Source of the DNA: the human T2T-CHM13v2.0 reference genome, Homo sapiens | Direction: 5' to 3' (one strand) | DNA length: 64,000 nucleotides | NCBI RefSeq assembly: GCF_009914755.1 | Contig: NC_060930.1 | Shown here: positions 57,203 to 64,000 of the stretch, in pieces | Position numbering within the stretch: the stretch's first letter is position 1 | Layout of the letters: every line of letters starts with the position of its first letter | Translations under genes and position numbers: made by a program | The notes under the pieces: model-generated | The model's input: the letters and a program-made list of their open reading frames with translations, nothing else | The model's database searches: none | What the model was told of the DNA's origin: nothing

Positions 57203-59389
57203 CAGAATTTAGCTTTTTAAGAGTTGTTATTTAAGAACTAAGACTTAAAAGTTAACTCCTGAAGTGAGAACTGCCTATTTATGAGCTCCATATTTGTGCT
57301 AGCACAGTTGACAGAAAAGATCTATTCTCAGTGCCCTTCTTTTTCTTCTTTACACCCATCACACCCAATCCTGCCAGCAACTTACAGCATGAGGACAACA
57401 TTCACTATACTACAGGGCAATGTAAGGGTGTCTTGAGAAAGCCCTGCCTTGTGAAATGGATTATGTCAATCTTATGATTAATTCATGTTGAACACGCTAG
57501 ATTAAAGAGCATTTCATGCATATTATCTCATTTGATATTATGGTAGCTTGTCTTCTCTTTATACTTCTCTCTTATTCTTTAGCCCATCGAGAGCTAGAGA
57601 AAACATTTCTACATGTTCTATTTGTGGATATTTTTCATGGAGGATGGCAGGAGGTAGAGGTAGATAAGAGGCTGAACTTCAAGTATTACAGAAATTTGTT
57701 GACATGTGGAAACGTGACAAGTTCTCTGCAAGTATGTGCACTGTTTAGACCAAGTCTTTTTAACAAGGATAGCCTGTGTGGATTTGTAGATAATGAGCTG
57801 GCTGCATTCTTTTACTTGAATTTTATTGAAGAGTTCAGCCGTAAACCTCACAGTTTAAAATGTGAAAACTAAGAAAAACAATACAAGTAGCCATGGAGAA
57901 TTCCTGTACTGATGAGCTCTCTTTGGGATTTGGGGAAAAGAAGTGAGCACAGAAGGAAAGAATAGAGGAAAGGAAAGCGATTTCCCTAGCAGCTTTAGTG
58001 CTACACCTTTAAGACCTAAGTACAGTCAAGGCCAAAGGATAAACTGATTGGATACTGATATGTATTTAAAGAGAAAACATACATTTTCCACTTATCAAGG
58101 AATCCTTGTTTAGACATTAATGTATAAATATTACTGTAAATGCCCAAGACCCACCAAAAGAGCTTAAGTGCAGTGTTAACAATAATTCAGTTTCTCAATA
58201 AACATCTTGAGTAGGGCTTTTATATTTTAGAAGAAGATTAAAGTCAGTGCTATAAAAAGTATCTTCCACTTATTCATCCATAAAGAAAATCATGACAAAT
58301 AAGCACCAGATGTGATTTTAGCCCACATTTATTAGAGAAATTAATTATTGACTCATGAAAGAAGAAAATTATGCAATTTCTATGATGATTCATTGTTTGG
58401 TGCTTTCAAGAACAAAGATGCCAGTTTTGATAAATGTAATATAAATCTCTGCTCAGGACCCAGGAAATTCAAGAGATGCTTATCAACGAATCATACGCAC
58501 TCCTGAATCTAAGAACTCATTTCCAAATGTCAGCCACCAATCTGCAGTTAGTTAGAAAAGACCATTGCTTTATTCTGACCTGAAGTTAAATGAGTGACAG
58601 TGTGGGGGTGAAAACGTTTTGGCCCCGTTACCAATTTGGTGCACTATCTACTTCCCTAAACAAGGCTTTGGGAGCATGGCTTCCTCCATAATTATTCCCA
58701 ACCACATCACTGCTCTAATCAACAGGTGCACCACCACGCGAGACTCCCCACCCAAGTCCTGTCTGCCTACAACTTGTAACCTGCCAAGCAAAGGCAAATG
58801 AAAAACAAGCGTATCTGTCCTCCTTTCATATCCCATTTTCCCCATTATCTATTTCTAGTACTTTAAAAAGTCCCCACAAGGTGGCAGAATTGTAACACGT
58901 TGAGATTGATGAGCCTCTACTGAGACTGTGAATTTTTTTTTTTATTATTATTGTTGTTTTAACACATTTGAGAGATTAGTGCGTCCAAAACAACACAGGT
59001 AAAGCATCACATCCATAGAGATGAGGACGCCTTCAAGTATACACTAGCTTAGAAAAGGATGATTCATCTTGCAATGACCATTCTTTAAAAGTTCCTTAAA
59101 ATTACCTCATTAGATCTTTTCTCTTACCCTTTTTTCTTAGCTTAGATTTCAGTGGCAAGCAGAGTTGAAAACATCATCCTTAGTGACAAGATCATTTTAT
59201 TTCTGAGCAAAGCACAGGGCAGTTTCTATTCCATCTCACTTGTTCCCCCTTTAAAATGCTAGAAGGAAAAAAGAAGCTTGAGCAGCTGGATGAGCAGCTC
59301 CACCCACTGTGGGACATGAGGCAGAAGGAAGAGAAGAGGAAGCAACACCGGGCAAAGCAATAAACTGGTGCTGCCCTGAACACATCATG

Positions 59390-59722
59390 TTTTTTTTCTT
59401 TTTGAGACAGGTTCTTGCTCTACTGTCCAGGTTGGAGTGCAGTGATGCAATCATAGCTCACTCTAACCTTGAACTCCTAGGCTCAAGTGATTCTCCTGCC
59501 TTGGCCTCCCGAGTAGCTGGGGCTTTCAGCATGCAACAACATGCCCAGCTAATTTTTTATTTTTTTAATTTTTTTGTTGTTGTTGTTCTTTTGGAGAGAC
59601 AGAGGGGGGCAGGGGTCCTCACTTTGTTGCCCAGGCTGGTCTCAAACTACTAGCCTCAAGCGATCTTCCTGCCTCGGCTTTCCAAATGCTGGGATTAAAA
59701 ACATGAGCCACCACGCCCATCC
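59390..59722 (-). mobile_element. Alu, AluJ-like, expanded linker
   Basis: GAGACAGGTTCTTGCTC...GGCTCAAGTGATTCTCC...GCCTCAAGCGATCTTCC. Confidence 0.9.
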
Positions 59723-61291
59723 CTTACACCCATCAGACTTGGTTTCAGTTTACCCAAGGAAAAGTGATGCAAGGAAGACACCCTTTAACCAAGCAAGGGG
59801 GAGGTCGAGATTTGTACAAAACACTACCAAATTAGAGGGTGGGGAATTTTTGTCCCATTTAAATCCTAAGGTACATATTTTTAAAAACCCTCTTACACCA
59901 GCACTTCTCAGTCCTTTTCCAACTGCCAGTTTAATAAAGGAAGGTGATAGAAGTTTTATTAAAACAGTATCCATCCTGTTGCAAATCAATGATTGATAGT
60001 AAACATCACCTTGGATGTCCTTAAAAACAAAGGACTATACACCATAATGGCTTTAAACTTTGAGGTTACATGTTAGAGTGATCAGTTTGGTACAACTCTT
60101 TTCCATAACATTGGCTCATCTGAGAATACCGTTTTATTAAGCACTGCTTCTGCCTGCTTCTTGAGGGCTGCCCGTTGCAGAAACGGAGGATCTAATCCAG
60201 GAGGTGTTCTTCTTCCTAAATTTCAAGTGGATGTAACCTGTAATGATTCTTAAAAGAACTTTGACAAAGTCCCTGTCCTTTTCTGGTCAAAGGTTTTTTT
60301 CTAAAATGGCTTGACCAGTGCCTTGTCCATCTAGAAAATCTCATAGTATACAACGAAACAACAACAAAATAAAAACAAACCAAAAAACTGCTGCTTAGCT
60401 CAGGACCAGTTTTGGATACACCTGTCCAGTCTACCAGCAATCCAAAAGTTCCCCATAACATACAGCTGCTACCGGGAGTGTACAACTGCCACCTTGAAAA
60501 TTTTTTAAATTTTAATAGAGAAGTTATATTGACATTTACATATAGTAATTAGACGAGTGACTGTAACCGCAATAATATGGACATAACCCACTGGTGGTTC
60601 TCTTTTAAGCTACATGTAATTGTTTCCTAATTCCTCAGCATCCATCCACCTTTCTTAATCCCTCAATTTTCAGAGCTGAGGGTGTAAAGATGTTTCAGTG
60701 AAATTCTGCCCCCAGTGGACTCACAGCAGATAGGATTATCTTAGTGATTTCTGAGGAAGACTGCAAGCTGCGTGTGTTTATCGAGACGGTCCTCTGTCCG
60801 GGAAATATCGTGAGAGGCTGATAAAAGATCCCAATTCTATTAATAGAAGTATTCATGACTGAGATCTTAAGCTACAGAGGCCTTTCCATTCGGGCTCTTT
60901 TTGCAGGCAGCGTAATAAGAAAGGTGCCACATGCTGCCTCTAAAAGAGGCCATTCAGCTGTGCGAATGAATAGCATTTTCCTGTCCTACCCACGGGGTTT
61001 TGCATAGCTGTGTGAATTTCGGCCACAGTCTGCTCTTTATAACTGACCATCTCCTGGGAAGCAAGAAGGGAAATACTTCCATGAAGACCAATTTTACGGC
61101 ATTTCAAAACACTTTAAGCCTTTTACCTGCTGTGGCAGAGTGCTTCGTTTGACTAAGATCAAGAGAAAAGAGAACAAGGCTTTTCCTCATCAAGTAAAAA
61201 TTTCCTGTGTGCTGATGAGTCATCTCTGAGGTACACTCTTTGGGAAGAACACTGTGCATCAAAAGCCTGCCTTGGGCTGCTTGAGAACCTC

Positions 61292-61304
61292 TGCTGAGTC
61301 AGCA
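61292..61304. promoter_or_regulatory. Perfect T-MARE (Maf recognition element; also fits ARE and AP-1)
   Basis: TGCTGAGTCAGCA = reverse complement of the consensus TGCTGACTCAGCA; function unproven. Confidence 0.55.
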
Positions 61305-61547
61305 CTCACTGGGGCAGCGGCCCAGCCAGAGCTATTAAGTGCAGATCTTAAAAACAGATATGTTGGTGAGAGTGTGCAGGTTATTTTCTCATGTACTGCA
61401 TGTTCTAAGAGATGTCATAAGCAGCCTGTATATCGACCTATCTTGTGAAAATAGAGAACAGGGAAAGGAATTGTGGCTTTGGTAATTTAAGGAGCCTTGA
61501 TTATTTATGGAGCTGTGTGTTATGGTAGCCAAATGTGATCTACTCAG

Positions 61548-61700
61548 CCAGGACTGCTGTATGCTTTGCAAGGCCCAGTGCAAAATGGAAAATGCAGGGC
61601 CCCTCACTGAAAAATTATTAAGAATTTCAAGATGGTGACAGCAGAGCATTAAACCATGTGACTGCACAGCCCCGCACCTAGCTCTCCCCCTCAGCACCCT
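61548..61700 (+). mobile_element. MER45A-like hAT-Tip100 DNA transposon
   Basis: GGCCCAGTGCAAAATGGAAAATGCAGGGCCCC...AAAAATTATTAAGAATTTCAAGATGGTGACAGCAGAGCATTAAACCA. Confidence 0.82.
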
Positions 61701-62326
61701 AGGAAGCTGATCTTTGAACAGTGGCAGTTGAAATGGTGTATGGTGGGTTACATTTTTAAAATGTGCTGGGTTGCCTAGCAACTGGCAAGGGCCTGAATGG
61801 GCTGACGTGCAGGTTTAGATACACCATCTTGAAAGTCTACATTCATGGAAACCTTCTAGTGGACTGATAATTTTCAAGAAAAAGTAATATAGTGGGAGAT
61901 GGAAATGGGGAGGGCAAGAAAAAACACATTTTGCTACTCTTATAACCCAAGTGGCTAGCTTGTCATTTTCCCTGTTCGATCTTCTAAGAATAGAGCTCTT
62001 CATATGTGAAGGAAAAATGAAAGGGAAATTCCAGTTTTCTCAGAAATATACATAAATTTTTAGAGGATAATGAAACTATGAGTTAATCAATAAATATGTC
62101 TGAGCACATTCCTTTAGCCATTCCAGGGTGTGACATGAGAAAACTGATTCACACGCACTGAGCACTCGATAATAAGTACTTACTATGCAGTAGACTACAG
62201 AGATGAATAATGTAGTTTTTATTCTTAAAGAATTACGCTAATATGTAAGAAACAATTAGACAGCATCATTACCTTTTTAAAGAACAGTCCATAATCTCCT
62301 GTTTTTCTCTCCTGGGTATTTTACAG

Positions 62327-62439
62327 GGTCCTTGTGCTGCAGAATCAGAACCAGCTCTTTTGATAGGGAGCAAGCAGTTCGGGCTTTCAAGAAACAGTCA
62401 CATTGCAATTGCATTTGATGACACCAAAGTTAAAAACCG
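62327..62439 (+). CDS. LAMA2: LAMA2 exon 59 (113 nt), start of LG4: GPCAAESEP...DTKVKNR
   Basis: ttacag|GGT ... AACCG|gtatgt; translated manually. Confidence 0.96.
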
Positions 62440-62758
62440 GTATGTATCATCCTGAGACACTGGGAAAGAACCGATAAATGAAGAACTGAGTATTTGTGTT
62501 TAATCAAGTTGAATCTACTACACTTATTAATTAATGAAGTTAGCTTTTCTTTTATTCACTGAGTACAATAGAGAATAGAATTTTATTTGTCTGAGCCTGA
62601 GGAGCCCAATTTAGGAAATCAGTAGCCTGATAAAGTCCTCATCTCTGAGAAGGTTTTACTCTCCTTTATGAAAATGCAGCCACGATCTGATACCGCTCTA
62701 TTTTAGCATGAGAATGCTGTTATTTTTCTGTTTGACTTTGCATGCTTTTGTTTCACAG

Positions 62759-62948
62759 TCTCACAATTGAGTTGGAAGTAAGAACCGAAGCTGAATCCGG
62801 CTTGCTTTTTTACATGGCTCGCATCAATCATGCTGATTTTGCAACAGTTCAGCTGAGAAATGGATTGCCCTACTTCAGCTATGACTTGGGGAGTGGGGAC
62901 ACCCACACCATGATCCCCACCAAAATCAATGATGGCCAGTGGCACAAG
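62759..62948 (+). CDS. LAMA2: LAMA2 exon 60 (190 nt), LG4: LTIELEVRTEAESG...INDGQWHK
   Basis: tcacag|TCT ... AAG|gtaata; ORF 62742..62981. Confidence 0.97.
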
Positions 62949-64000
62949 GTAATAGTCCCCTGGATATTGGCAGTACCCTAAGGGAATTACTGAGTGGCAG
63001 CCATCAGCATTCTCCTGGTGCCAGTATATTTTGCCAGGGCAGACACTGACTCTGGCAGAAGCTAAAAATAAAATAAGTGCCATATACAACTACCACAATC
63101 TTGGAAAATGTGCTCAGACCTGTGTAGGTTTGCATTTGACCACTGGCATGCCTCATCATGGTTCCATCACTGCTATATGGCTGTGGTTTTCAAACATCTA
63201 CCCATAAACTGAGGCCAGGTGGCTGAAGACATTTCCACTGCTCTAAGTGAGAAACGTAGAACAGAGTGTGTTCACCCTCAAGCTCGATGTATTCAATTTT
63301 AAGGAATAATATTTATTCTGAGATTATATTATAGCATTTTTATGGTGGCTAAAAGGCCTTTCTATTATGAAATAGTATTTGCCAAAAGCAAAAGTTGGCA
63401 ACACTAAAATGGGTCCCAAGACTCCCCACCTAACCACACAGTGGTCTGTGAAAACCAGGAATCCAGGAATCTCTGGTTGATCGTGTTTAAAGGGCTCTAA
63501 GGTATCATTTCTACTGACAGTTATTTGGAACAACTTTAAAAACGTTGGCCTTACACCCAGAAACTGGTACTATTATGGGCACAGAAGGCTCATTTGCCAG
63601 CTTACTGTCCTCTTTGGCATGACTGCAAATAGATAATATACTGCCTGATTAAAACAAAATCTCAACATTTGTCTCTGCACCTGCGATAGCCTATTAAAGC
63701 AAAGCTTCCCTAGGTAGACCAATAAAATTTTTAATTTTCAGAGTACGATATTATTAGATGTTAGATTTGGTTAATGTTAACATACTTTGACTTGTCATAT
63801 TCTAGAAAGCCAAAGAACCTTAAAAAACGCGAAGCCAACCAATTTGTTATCATGGAAATAAGAAAAGGAATCTTCATTTTTGCTGGGAGCTTATGACTAG
63901 CAAATACAGATCCAAATGAAGGAGCTCTCATTAAGAGTTCTTCCATCTCTAGCTAATAGAATAATAAATATGACATTTGAGAAAAAGACATATTGTTGAA

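Overview
Human (Alu-containing primate) genomic DNA from the 3' part of LAMA2 (laminin subunit alpha-2), transcribed on the + strand. I assembled 18 consecutive GT-AG coding exons (2462 nt, phases compatible at every junction), from 523 to 62948. They encode the end of the coiled coil, LG1-LG3, the Pro/Thr-rich hinge and the first part of LG4. Exon numbers 43-60 follow the 65-exon numbering as I recall it. Two exons are microexons that the ORF track cannot reveal: 6 nt at 2770-2775 and 12 nt at 35081-35092. The introns hold about 12 Alu dimers, FLAM and FAM monomers, L1, L2 and MIR fragments, MaLR LTRs, DNA transposons (Tigger3a, MER3, MER45A) and a tailless 5S rRNA retropseudogene. Best leads: (1) the 12-nt microexon, followed by two RBFOX motifs, creates or destroys an N-glycosylation sequon in LG2; (2) a 72-bp near-perfect inverted duplication copied out of a Tigger3a element, with an A-C mismatch; (3) further templated-insertion scars; (4) a perfect Maf recognition element clustered with AP-1, MEF2 and E-box motifs in intron 58. 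I found no convincing novel protein-coding gene or wholly new system. Repeat subfamily calls and variant names come from memory of consensus sequences and need RepeatMasker/dbSNP confirmation.
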